Positions 40,426 through 52,095 of a stretch of 64,000 nt of DNA are shown piece after piece (within the stretch, counting starts at the first letter, position 1; each line of letters begins with the position of its first letter). Made by a program: the position numbers and the translations under genes. Source of the stretch: Rickettsiales bacterium (lineage in GTDB: Bacteria > Pseudomonadota > Alphaproteobacteria > Methylaequorales > Methylaequoraceae); NCBI GenBank assembly GCA_002691145.1, contig NZHE01000026.1, positions 15,678 to 79,677 on the forward strand. The letters are read 5' to 3'. Under the pieces are notes generated by a model. It ran no database searches and was not told the origin of the DNA. It worked only from the letters and a program-made list of their open reading frames with translations.

Positions 40426-41054
40426 TTTATAAATATACCCACAAAAATATAAAATATATACTCAATTTTGGATATTTTTTTTCTTTTATTATTTTTATAA
40501 CTCTTTAAAAAACACTTACAAAATATTTTCTCAAAATAGTTAATTTTAGTATCATCATATTCAGAAATAAGGTTTTTAACATTTTCATACGGATATTTTT
40601 GTATCTCTGAATGATATAAAAAGTAACAAAATTGGAAAAGTGGACTTGTTTGATATAATTGATGTGAATCTGGCATAATTAGTTTAATTATTTGATTATA
40701 TAATCTTGAAATTTTTTCAAATATAAAAAAGATCTTATCATGATGATTCATTTGAATTGACAATTTTTGATATTCTGCAATTAAATTCTCAAATAAACTT
40801 CGAAACTCAAACTTAGTTTTTAATATGATTATTTCATCAACTAAAAAATGCTCAGACGATTTTTTTTTTGTTTCGTCTAAATACCACTGATATTTTATTA
40901 GTCTGAGATTTTGGTCTTCAGTTGCATTAAAAATTCTTAATAGTTCATTTTCTAGTAAAAATACTACCTCTAAAAACTCTTTGTTTTTGTTATTTACTAT
41001 TAATAATTGTAAGAATCTAAAATAATTTACTTTTTTTAATTTTTTATTAAGCAT
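40422..41054 (-). CDS. hypothetical protein
   Basis: 210-aa ORF; overlaps the downstream gene by 4 nt (ATGA). Confidence 0.3.
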   Translation of the reverse strand: MLNKKLKKVNYFRFLQLLIVNNKNKEFLEVVFLLENELLRIFNATEDQNLRLIKYQWYLDETKKKSSEHFLVDEIIILKTKFEFRSLFENLIAEYQKLSIQMNHHDKIFFIFEKISRLYNQIIKLIMPDSHQLYQTSPLFQFCYFLYHSEIQKYPYENVKNLISEYDDTKINYFEKIFCKCFLKSYKNNKRKKISKIEYIFYIFVGIFIK

Positions 41055-41116
41055 TGAAATTTTTGAATTTAAGTTTAATTTATAGATTATTATATAATTT
41101 TATACAGGGATTTTAA

Positions 41117-41713
41117 ATGTCTAATGTTCTATCATCTTTACCAAAAACAATAGTATCTGGATTTATATTACTTTTAATAATAGTTGGTTTAACTAATAAT
41201 GTAAGTGAATCTGTTGTACTAGATTATGCATATCTTAGTTTTTTTTTCAGATGGTTACATGTTCTTTTTGGGATTATGTGGATTGGACTTTTATGGTATT
41301 TCAATTTCGTACAAATCCCAAGCATGCCAAAAATTCCAGATGAACAAAAACCCGCTGTTGGAAAAGTGATTGCTCCGGCTGCATTATTTTGGTTTAGATG
41401 GGCAGCTCTATTTACTTTATTATCAGGTTTAATTTTAGCCTACATAAACGGTTATGTTCATGACGCATTAACTTTAAATTATTTAGATAGCAAATCATTT
41501 ATGATAGGAATTGGCATGTGGTTAGGAATCATAATGGCTTTAAATGTATGGGGTGTAATATGGCCAAATCAAAAAAAAGCTCTTGGAATTGTAGAAGCAA
41601 CTCCTGAACAGAAACTAAAATCCGCTAGAACAGCAATGCTTTTTTCTAGAACTAATACAATACTTTCTATCCCAATGTTGTATTGTATGGTGGCTGCTCA
41701 AAATATCTATTAG
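41117..41713 (+). CDS. membrane protein with a conserved His/Trp TM motif (HVLFGIMWIGLLWYF; HemJ/CopD/PuuD-N-like superfamily; tentative)
   Basis: 198 aa with 4-5 TM helices; the motif resembles the UPF0093/HemJ-like clan. Confidence 0.3.
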   Translation: MSNVLSSLPKTIVSGFILLLIIVGLTNNVSESVVLDYAYLSFFFRWLHVLFGIMWIGLLWYFNFVQIPSMPKIPDEQKPAVGKVIAPAALFWFRWAALFTLLSGLILAYINGYVHDALTLNYLDSKSFMIGIGMWLGIIMALNVWGVIWPNQKKALGIVEATPEQKLKSARTAMLFSRTNTILSIPMLYCMVAAQNIY

Positions 41714-41714
41714 T

Positions 41715-42623
41715 TTATTTTTCTTTTAAATAATTTTTAAAACCTAAAATCGCAATTAACGGTGATGCAATAAATATAGAAGAATAAGTTCCAATAAATA
41801 CACCCCATATCATCGCAATCACAAAACCTTTTATTACTTCACCTCCAAGAGCTAGCAAAGCTGTTAATGCAATTAAAGTAGTCAGTGAGGTTACTATGGT
41901 TCGTGAAAGAGTTTCGTTAACTGAAATATTTAATAAGTCATTAAAAGAAGTTTTGTTTCTTTTATTTATGTTTTCTCTAATTCTATCAAATACAACTACA
42001 GTGTCGTTAATGGAGTAACCTGCAATTGTTAAAATTGCTGCAATAGAGGCTAAGTTAAATTCTAGTTGAGTGAGAGAGAAAAAACCAATGGTGCTAAAAA
42101 CGTCATGAACAACTGCTATAACTGCTCCCAGGCCAAATTGCCACCCAGAAAATCTAAACCAAATATATGCAAACATTGCTAAAAGAGAGAAGATTACTGC
42201 TTTAAATCCCATAATTTTGAGTTCTTGTCCAACTTTAGGCCCAACATATTCAATTCTTCTGTAATCAACATTACCAGGTAATATTTCTTTTACTTTTTCA
42301 ATAGCAACTAGTTGATTTGATTCATCACCTTTTTGCTTTTCGACTCTTATAAGGATATTTTTTGAGTTTCCAAATTCCTGAATTTCAAAGTTACCTAAAT
42401 TTAAACTACCAATATCATTTCTTAAAATATTTAAATTAGGTTCGGCATTAAATTTCACATCAATCATTATTCCTCCAATAAAATCGATACCGAAGTTCAA
42501 ATTTTTTTTAAAAAATAGAAAAGTAGAGCCGCTTATTAAAATTATGGAAAATAAAAAAGCAATTCTCCTAACTGCAAAAAAGTTAATATTGAATTTCTGT
42601 CCAAAATTGATTAGCGGTTTCAT
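41715..42623 (-). CDS. secF: protein translocase subunit SecF
   Basis: 302 aa; SecF-family sequence, adjacent to secD. Confidence 0.9.
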   Translation of the reverse strand: MKPLINFGQKFNINFFAVRRIAFLFSIILISGSTFLFFKKNLNFGIDFIGGIMIDVKFNAEPNLNILRNDIGSLNLGNFEIQEFGNSKNILIRVEKQKGDESNQLVAIEKVKEILPGNVDYRRIEYVGPKVGQELKIMGFKAVIFSLLAMFAYIWFRFSGWQFGLGAVIAVVHDVFSTIGFFSLTQLEFNLASIAAILTIAGYSINDTVVVFDRIRENINKRNKTSFNDLLNISVNETLSRTIVTSLTTLIALTALLALGGEVIKGFVIAMIWGVFIGTYSSIFIASPLIAILGFKNYLKEK

Positions 42624-44200
42624 TATAAATTTACTGCATTAGGTTTGAACTTTCTTAACCAGATAACTATCAATAACCTTGTAAGCATTAAAGCTGTGAA
42701 CATAGATGATATGATTCCAATTGAAAGAGTGACTGCAAAGCCCTTAATTGGACCTGAGCCAAAATTAAATAAAAGTAATGCGGCGATCAAGGTAGTAATA
42801 TTGGCGTCTAAGATGGTTTTTAAGGCTTGTTTATATCCTAAATCTACTGAGTTTATAGGAGATCTACCTGACGTAAATTCTTCTTTTATTCTTTCAAATA
42901 CTAAGACATTTGCATCAACAGCCATTCCAACCGTTAAAACTATACCTGCTATTCCGGGCATGGTTAGGGTTCCTTCGATAAGACTTAGTACCGATACAAT
43001 AATAAATAAATTGAAAATCAGAGCAACATTTGCAAAAATACCAAAAAGTGAATATTTTAAAATCATAAAAACTATAACCAAAATAAAGCCCAGGATTAAG
43101 GCTTTTTTTCCTGCTAAAATTGAATCAGCACCTAAACTTGGTCCTACCGTCCTTTCTTCTAAAACTTTTATTGGGGCGGGAAGTGAACCAGCTCTCAATA
43201 AGACAGCTAAATCATTAGCCGCTTCGGGTGAAAAATTTCCAGATATATTTCCTTGTCCACCTGTTATTGGCTCTCTAATTTGAGGAGCACTTATAACTTT
43301 ATTGTCAAGAATTATAGCTAATCTTTGAAATGTGTTGTCCGTTGTAATCTTTGCAAACTTCTTAGCACCTTTATTGTCAAATTCAAAAGCAACAACATAT
43401 CTTCCTGTTTGCGGGTCGACAGTAGCAGCTGCATCATTAAGCCTATCACCTGATAATAGCACTCTTTTTTTAACCAGAAATTCTTTTTCAAAAGAATTAG
43501 GATCATAATTATTAATTTTAATGGTACCAGGAGGTAACTTTCCTCGCTGATTTGCTAACTCGACAGTAGTTTGATCCAAAAGATGAAAGTTTAATTTAGC
43601 GGTTCTACCGATTAAAGCTTTAATTCTCTCGGGATCTTTTAAACCCGGAAGCTGAACAATAATCCTATCCTCACCTTGCTTTTGAATATTTGGCTCTCGC
43701 GTACCAGATTCATCAACTCTTTTTCTAATTACCTCTATTGATTGCTCAAGTGTATTATTGTTAAATTCATTGATTACAATATCAGAGAAAACAAAATTTA
43801 ATTTATTATTATCAATTTTTTTTATCTGTACTTCTTTTCCAATCACATCTCTTAAAACTGTAATAGCTTTTTTTTGCTCTTCAGAATCCTTAATAGAAAC
43901 TGTTGCTCCAATACCCTTCGAACCCAATTTCAAATATTTGATTTTATTTTTTCTGAGTGTTTTTCTTATGTCGTCAACAATATCAAGAGACTTTTCCTTT
44001 AAAACAGAATTAGTGTCAACTTCTAATAAGAGATGAGAACCGCCTTGTAAATCCAATCCGAGATTAAATTGTTTTTTTGAAATTAAAGTCGGCAAAGTTA
44101 AAACTTCTGTTTTATTATAGAAATTAGGAATTAAAAAATAAACACTAAGAAATAGTATTGTTAATATAAATGTTATTTTTCCCTTACCGTAGTTTAACAT
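42623..44200 (-). CDS. secD: protein translocase subunit SecD
   Basis: 525 aa; SecD periplasmic domain and C-terminal 6-TM domain. Confidence 0.9.
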   Translation of the reverse strand: MLNYGKGKITFILTILFLSVYFLIPNFYNKTEVLTLPTLISKKQFNLGLDLQGGSHLLLEVDTNSVLKEKSLDIVDDIRKTLRKNKIKYLKLGSKGIGATVSIKDSEEQKKAITVLRDVIGKEVQIKKIDNNKLNFVFSDIVINEFNNNTLEQSIEVIRKRVDESGTREPNIQKQGEDRIIVQLPGLKDPERIKALIGRTAKLNFHLLDQTTVELANQRGKLPPGTIKINNYDPNSFEKEFLVKKRVLLSGDRLNDAAATVDPQTGRYVVAFEFDNKGAKKFAKITTDNTFQRLAIILDNKVISAPQIREPITGGQGNISGNFSPEAANDLAVLLRAGSLPAPIKVLEERTVGPSLGADSILAGKKALILGFILVIVFMILKYSLFGIFANVALIFNLFIIVSVLSLIEGTLTMPGIAGIVLTVGMAVDANVLVFERIKEEFTSGRSPINSVDLGYKQALKTILDANITTLIAALLLFNFGSGPIKGFAVTLSIGIISSMFTALMLTRLLIVIWLRKFKPNAVNL

Positions 44201-44202
44201 TT

Positions 44203-44505
44203 CTATTTTTTATTTAAAACATCAGAAACTGTAGCTCTGAAAATCTTTACATTTACATTTGGAGATATTTCAACTGTCAAATATTCCGTATCAGCCTTAA
44301 CAACCTTGCATAAGATACCTCCACTTGTGATAATCTGATCACCTTTTTTTATTCCTGCTAATAATATTTGATGCTGTTTTTGTTTTTTTTGTTGTGGCCT
44401 TATTAATAAAAAATAAAAAATTACAAAAATTAAAATTAATGGTATAAATGAAGCAAATAAAGATGGTTGTTGAGTTGCTGATTGAGCATAAGCATAATTA
44501 AACAT
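44203..44505 (-). CDS. yajC: preprotein translocase subunit YajC
   Basis: 100 aa, single TM; secD-secF follow it on the same strand. Confidence 0.8.
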   Translation of the reverse strand: MFNYAYAQSATQQPSLFASFIPLILIFVIFYFLLIRPQQKKQKQHQILLAGIKKGDQIITSGGILCKVVKADTEYLTVEISPNVNVKIFRATVSDVLNKK

Positions 44506-44620
44506 GTTAAAACCTAAAATAAATAAATAAATTTATATTACAAAATTATATTAATTTTTCCACAATAATTGTAGAAAAGGAGTTATACAACAGTTTATTT
44601 AATTTTTAAATAGTAAAAAA

Positions 44621-45390
44621 ATGATTAATAAATCAGACATAACAAGATTTGAATACTTTTTTCTATTAAGCGATATAAAAAAAATTATACCAATTAAAAA
44701 ACTTGATGTTGAGGACTTAAGTAACTTTTTATTTATTGATGAGCAAAAACAACTAATTTTTAAAAATACAAAATATTTTATACAAAATAAGGTTGCAAAC
44801 AATGTTTTGCTTTGGGGAGAGAGGGGAAACGGCAAGTCTTCACTAATCTTAAGTACAGTAAATGAAATTAATAAAAGTGTAAAAAAAAAAATAAAAATTA
44901 TAGAAGTTTTAAGTTCTGATTTAAATTGCTTGCCCCAATTAGTCTATAAATTATCTAACATATCTGAAAAGTTTATTATTTATATTGATGACATTTCATT
45001 TGAAAAAAATGAGAAAAATTTTAAAATTTTCAAAGTAATTCTTCAAGGGAGTATGTTAAGTTACTGTAGAAATATACTTTTTTATACAACATCTAATATA
45101 AGAAATTTATCTTTTTCTAAAAATTCAAATTTCAATGATATAGAATTTAAGGATGACCAAAATAACATTTTATCCTTACAAGAAAGATTTGGCCTTAAAT
45201 TAGGATTTCATAATTTCTCAAAAGAGCAATTTTTGTCATTAATAATTCACTACGCAAACAAAAAAAACTTAAATTATCCCAGAAAGAAATAGAAAAAAAA
45301 TCACTTAATTGGTCTGTTCAAAAAGGTAGTTTCTCTGGCAGAGTTGCTTCTCAATTTGTAAGTAATTATTTATTAAATAATTCAGATTAA
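44621..45390 (+). CDS. DUF815-like P-loop ATPase, interrupted by a 1-nt frameshift in an A8 run (~45260-45267)
   Basis: Track ORF 44621-45292 has the Walker A motif GERGNGKSSL. Reading A9 instead of A8 continues as ...KKLKLSQKEIEKKSLNWSVQKGSFSGRVASQFVSNYLLNNSD*, whose RSGR.A.QF-like tail fits the family C-terminus. Confidence 0.45.
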
Positions 45391-46235
45391 AAAGTTTTTA
45401 GGATTAAAAGCTTTCTTTCCCTTTCTAATTTCAAAGTGTAATTGTGGAGTTATGACGTTTCCAGTTTTACCCACCTCACCGATTCTATCACCTTTCTTTA
45501 CTTGAATATTTTTTTTTATACTAATTTTTTTTAAATGCGCATAAGCAGTTATTAAATTTCCTTTGTGCTTGATTAAAATTAGATTTCCATAACCGGGTAT
45601 TTCATTGCCAACATAAATAACTTTACCATCTTGCGAGGCTTTTACTGGACTTCCTAGTTTTCCTTCAATATTGATACCGTCATTATGGAGTCCAGGTTTT
45701 ATTTGCCCAAAATTGAGAATTATATCTCCTTTAATAGGCCACAAAAAATTTTGCTTTTTAAGTTTATATTTTTGTTCTGCTTGTCTTTCATTTTTCTCTT
45801 TAAAATTATTTTTTTTATTTGAACCTTTTTTTATTTTAATTATTTTTTGAGAAGGTATTATTAATTTTTGTCCGGGGAAGATAACTTTTTGTATCTTTAC
45901 ATTATTTAACCTAGATAATTGGTATCTATCGACATCATATTTTCTTGAAATGGAATAAATTGTTTCCCCTCTTTGAACAATATGTAAGTTATTTGACGGA
46001 ATGATTAACTTTTGATTGGGAAAAATTTTAAAAGGTGAAATTAAATCATTTTCTCTAATTAAATCTTTAATTGATAAATTATATTTATTTGCAATTTTAT
46101 ATAGATTATCCCCAGGCTTTACTGAGTAAATTTTTTGTATTCTTTTGTTAATATTCTTATCATAAATTTCATATGAACCATAAAAATACTTCTCGCATGA
46201 ACATAAAAAAATTATTAAGATCAGTACAATGTATC

Positions 46236-46239
<4 letters not shown>
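45382..46239 (-). CDS. nlpD: LysM-domain / M23-family peptidase (NlpD-like)
   Basis: 285 aa; lipoprotein signal (FLCSC), two LysM repeats, and a C-terminal M23 peptidase domain (HKGNLITAYAHL, HFEI). Confidence 0.85.
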
Positions 46240-48164
<1,925 letters not shown>

Positions 48165-48166
48165 AA

Positions 48167-48900
48167 TTATTTATTATCTTTTTCGAAAAATATAATCAAC
48201 AAAATAGCAAATTCATAAAATAAATATAAAGGAAGAGATATTACTAACTGTGAAATTACATCAGGAGGTGTAAGTACCGCACTAAATAGTAAAATTAAAA
48301 TAAAAAAAATCTTTCTTTGTTTTTTTAGAATTTTTACTGTCAAAATATTAATTTTACATAATGTCATTAAAATTATTGGAAATAAAAAAGAAACACCACC
48401 AGAAAATAACAAATACATTGTTAGTTTCATATATTCACCGTACCTAGATTCCAATTCAATAGAAAAAAAATTCTCTGTATTTAAAGTCTGAAACGAAAGA
48501 AAAAAATTCCAAACTATAGGAATTAAAATAAAATAAGAAAATAGTACTCCTAAAAAAAAAAAGAAAAGGTATTAAGCAAAATATAGGTAAAAAGAATTTT
48601 TTTTCCTTTTTATATAAAGCAGGAGAAATAAAAAGGAAAAATTGTAATACCAAAATTGGAAAAGTTGTCAAAAATGAGGCGAAAAAAGATATTTTAAGAT
48701 TTGAAATAAATACTTCTGGCAAACCAGTAAAAATCATCCTTGTTTGTTCACTATTTTCGAGTATTTTATATAGTGGTAAGGATAAAATTTTTGCAACAAT
48801 GTCTGCTATATAAAAATAAAAAAAAAAAACTAACAAAAAATATAAAAAAACAAAATAAAAGTCTATTTCTTAGCTCTGCAAAATGACTTAGATAACTCAT
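48167..48900 (-). CDS. tatC: twin-arginine translocase subunit TatC, interrupted by two 1-nt frameshifts (T8 run at plus ~48463-48470 and T11 run at plus ~48818-48828)
   Basis: Three pieces: an unlisted N-terminus MSYLSHFAELRNRLLFCFFIFFVSFFF (HL.ELR.RL motif) plus track ORFs 48456-48836 and 48167-48454 (LTPPDVISQ motif). Removing one T at each run restores a ~243-aa TatC. Its ATG overlaps the tatB stop (ATGA). Confidence 0.8.
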
Positions 48901-49103
48901 AACTTTTTATTTTTTTTTCCATTTTCTTTTTCCTCTGAAATATCAATTTTAGAAAACTCATATTTTAGATCAAATAAATATTTTTGGATTTTCCTGTAAA
49001 AAAGTCCAAAATTTTTTGCAATTATTGGCAATTCTTTCGGTTTAATAAATATTAAAGAAAAAAAAATTATAATTAATAACTCAATGAGGCCTATATTAAA
49101 CAT
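48897..49103 (-). CDS. tatB: twin-arginine translocase subunit TatB
   Basis: 68 aa; N-terminal TM helix plus amphipathic helix ([26 protein letters not shown]), between tatA and tatC. Confidence 0.7.
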   Translation of the reverse strand: MFNIGLIELLIIIFFSLIFIKPKELPIIAKNFGLFYRKIQKYLFDLKYEFSKIDISEEKENGKKNKKL

Positions 49104-49285
49104 TAATCTTTTTCAATTTTATCTTTATTCTGTTTTTCATTTTTGCTGTTCTCATTTAAACCGTGCTTAAATGCCCTGATTCCTTTTGCGATTTCACCAG
49201 CAACCTTCGGTAGTTTTCCAGCTCCAAAAAAGATAAGAACTATTAATAAAATTAGTAAAATTTCCCAATGACCAAGTCCAAACAT
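49103..49285 (-). CDS. tatA: twin-arginine translocase subunit TatA
   Basis: 60 aa; MFGLGHWEILLILLIVLIFFGAGKLP is the classic TatA N-terminus. Confidence 0.8.
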   Translation of the reverse strand: MFGLGHWEILLILLIVLIFFGAGKLPKVAGEIAKGIRAFKHGLNENSKNEKQNKDKIEKD

Positions 49286-49303
49286 ATATCCTCCTTTTTA
49301 TAA

Positions 49304-49828
49304 TCAATCAAAATTAAAAGAAACTAATTCATCAACTTTTGGTAAATCTTTGATGCTTTGTAGTCCAAAATGTTTTAAAAATTCAAGATCAGTTGACCAA
49401 GTCACTGGTCTTCCTGGTGTTTCTCTTCTTCCATAGGGTTTAATCCATTTTAATTCCAATAGAATATCTAATGTTCCTCTAAATACTGATTTTCCCCTTA
49501 CTTTTTCAATCTCGGCTCTAGTAACAGGTTGATGATATGCAATAATTGCAAGTGTTTCTAGTGCAGATTTTGAAAGTCTTTTTTTCTTTTCGGTTTCAAT
49601 ACGCAAATATTTAGAAAGATCATTGTTGGTTTTAAAAAACCATTTTTTTTCAATTGAAAAGAGATTTATACCCCTAACTTCATACTCTTTGACAAGTTCT
49701 TGTAAGATTTGTTTAACACTGTACTTTTCATATCGTTCAACCACTGATTGTATATATTTTTCAGCCAATGGTTCTCCAGCACTAAATATCAAACCTTCAA
49801 CTAATTTTTTTGCATCTTCATAATTCAT
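49304..49828 (-). CDS. scpB: segregation and condensation protein B
   Basis: 174 aa; ScpB winged-helix pattern (LETLAIIAYHQPVTRAEIEKVRG). Confidence 0.8.
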   Translation of the reverse strand: MNYEDAKKLVEGLIFSAGEPLAEKYIQSVVERYEKYSVKQILQELVKEYEVRGINLFSIEKKWFFKTNNDLSKYLRIETEKKKRLSKSALETLAIIAYHQPVTRAEIEKVRGKSVFRGTLDILLELKWIKPYGRRETPGRPVTWSTDLEFLKHFGLQSIKDLPKVDELVSFNFD

Positions 49829-50561
49829 TTTTATCTATTAATTTTATAAATATATTACTAAATGGTTTTTCTTGATTAATTTTTAACTCACCTTTTCTTG
49901 CCATCGACATTGAAGCTAAAAGCAATGAAATTATTGCTGATTTTTTCAACCTCAAGTGTTTTATATCTAAGGGAACAAATTTTTTTAAATTTTCCCATGA
50001 TCTAATTTTATCATTAAATAATCTACTTAGCCACTTTAATGCATCTTCAACTGAAAAATAAATATTTTTTTTCATCTGTAAACTTAACTTTTCTTTTCGC
50101 TCATAAATTGAGAGATAGTTTTGGATTAAATCATGAAAACTTAAATCAACTACTAATTTGTTTGTAATCAAAAACTCATTTTTTTTTTTATTGATAAAAA
50201 AATCTATATCTAACTGAGGAAGTTCTTCTATCTTGATTACTGCCTTTTTAATTGCTTCATAATGCATTAATCTATTAGTTAATTCTTCTTCAAGTTCTTT
50301 TGTCTCAATATCATCATTTGGAATAAGCAGCTTTGATTTTAAGAAAGCTAAAAATGTAGCCATTACAAGATAATCAGCTGAAAGTTTAAGATTATACAAA
50401 TTATCATTTACAAATTTTAAATATTGTTCGGCTAATTCTAATATCGATACTTTAGTTATATCTACTTTTTGTTTTTTCGATAGCTCAATTAGTAAGTCTA
50501 ACGGGCCCTCATAACCACTAATGTTTACATTAAGTACATTTTCACTTTTATTTTCAATCAA
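49818..50561 (-). CDS. scpA: segregation and condensation protein A
   Basis: 247 aa; ScpA-family pattern, upstream of scpB with an overlap. Confidence 0.8.
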   Translation of the reverse strand: MIENKSENVLNVNISGYEGPLDLLIELSKKQKVDITKVSILELAEQYLKFVNDNLYNLKLSADYLVMATFLAFLKSKLLIPNDDIETKELEEELTNRLMHYEAIKKAVIKIEELPQLDIDFFINKKKNEFLITNKLVVDLSFHDLIQNYLSIYERKEKLSLQMKKNIYFSVEDALKWLSRLFNDKIRSWENLKKFVPLDIKHLRLKKSAIISLLLASMSMARKGELKINQEKPFSNIFIKLIDKNEL

Positions 50562-51567
50562 TTATATTTATCCTATCAATTTGTTGTTTCAAATATTTTT
50601 TACTTAATTTACTTTTTTTAACGTGTAATTTTGATTTAAGAAAAAATTCAAATTTATTTTTACATACTAATTTTGAAACACTATAAATTTTTTTCATATC
50701 AGACAGGACACCTGAACAATACAAAAGTATATCGCATCCACCATTATAACAGTTTTTAGCTTTTAACTTTATATCACCATTAAGTGCCTTCATATCCAAA
50801 TCATCTGAAAGAGTAAAACCTTTATACAAAATAATATCCTTTAATATATTCTTTATTATAATTTTTGAGTAAGGAGCCACTTTTTTATCTAAATTACTAT
50901 ACAAAATATGAGCAAGCATTAAAAAGTTTTCATTTTTTAATCTTACATACGGCTTTAAATCTATTTTTTTCAGTTCATTTAAATTTACCTTTATTTCAGG
51001 CAAGGTTTTATGACTATCTTTGTCTGATCTTCCATGACCAGGAAAATGTTTTAAAACCGGAAAGATACCTGATTCTCTCATTCCTTCACAATAAATTTTC
51101 GCTAAATTTGAAACTATTTCTGGATCTTCACTAAACGATCTGTCTCCAATAATATTATCTCCAAAGTCAAAAAAAATATCGAGTACTGGCGAACAATTTA
51201 TATCAATACCAATTTCCTTTAATTCAAAACCCATCAATCTTGAATAAAGAAATGCTAAGTTCTTAGCTTTATCACAATTTTTTTTATAAATATCACCAAA
51301 ATATTTTTGAGATGGAATAGAAAAAAACTCCTCATTATTAAATCTCTGAACCCTACCTCCCTCATGATCAACAAAAATTTGAAGATTTTTGTTTAAAGAT
51401 ATATTTTTAAGGTTTTTAATTAATTCAGATATTTGTTTTTTTGATTTAAAATTTCTTGTAAATAAGATAAACCCAAAAGGATCAATTTTAGAAAAAAAAT
51501 CAAACTCAGATGAACTTATTTTAGTTCCACTACATGATAAAACAATGCCTTTTGGAATTTGAACCAT
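50554..51567 (-). CDS. nagZ: beta-N-acetylhexosaminidase (GH3, NagZ)
   Basis: 337 aa; KHFPGHGRSDKDSH catalytic motif. Confidence 0.8.
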   Translation of the reverse strand: MVQIPKGIVLSCSGTKISSSEFDFFSKIDPFGFILFTRNFKSKKQISELIKNLKNISLNKNLQIFVDHEGGRVQRFNNEEFFSIPSQKYFGDIYKKNCDKAKNLAFLYSRLMGFELKEIGIDINCSPVLDIFFDFGDNIIGDRSFSEDPEIVSNLAKIYCEGMRESGIFPVLKHFPGHGRSDKDSHKTLPEIKVNLNELKKIDLKPYVRLKNENFLMLAHILYSNLDKKVAPYSKIIIKNILKDIILYKGFTLSDDLDMKALNGDIKLKAKNCYNGGCDILLYCSGVLSDMKKIYSVSKLVCKNKFEFFLKSKLHVKKSKLSKKYLKQQIDRINIID

Positions 51568-51570
51568 ACT

Positions 51571-52092
51571 CTATTTTACAATTATACAGTCAAATTTTTT
51601 TTTCTTCAAATTTAAACATATTTTTTCAGCCTCTTGTTTATTAAACTTTTCAAAACTTTTTATTCTATAAAAACTTCCTTTATTTTTGATTTTTACTTGT
51701 TCAATGTTTGGAAAGTCCTCTTCAAAATATTCTGGAAAATTTAATTTATAATCTTTATAAATTTCATTGATTTTCTCTTTATTTTTAATTGATGCAATTT
51801 GAACTCTGAATTTATTATCAGAAGTTTTTTCAATATTTTTTCTTTTTGATTTATCATGACTTTGAATATTTTCATAAGATGATTTTTTTTTTGGATCATC
51901 AATTATATTATAAATTTCTAATTGCTCGGGTTTGTTTTTTAAACCAACTGCGGCTTTTTTTATACTAGTAATTTCAGCAAAAATTGTAATTTCATTATTT
52001 TTAACCATTAAATTATAATTAAATTTAATTATAAAAATAAATAAGATTATCATTGAGAAAATAATAAAAAATTTAAATTTAAATTTGAACAT
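51571..52092 (-). CDS. SPOR-domain protein (septal peptidoglycan binding)
   Basis: 173 aa; N-terminal TM helix and C-terminal SPOR-like domain (FRVQIASIKNKEK...FYRIKSF). Occupies the conserved argS-SPOR-nagZ position. Confidence 0.6.
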   Translation of the reverse strand: MFKFKFKFFIIFSMIILFIFIIKFNYNLMVKNNEITIFAEITSIKKAAVGLKNKPEQLEIYNIIDDPKKKSSYENIQSHDKSKRKNIEKTSDNKFRVQIASIKNKEKINEIYKDYKLNFPEYFEEDFPNIEQVKIKNKGSFYRIKSFEKFNKQEAEKICLNLKKKKFDCIIVK

Positions 52093-52095
52093 CTT

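Noticed and set aside
42645-43283. 212-aa plus-strand ORF inside secD
   Set aside because: Antisense shadow ORF of a highly conserved gene.
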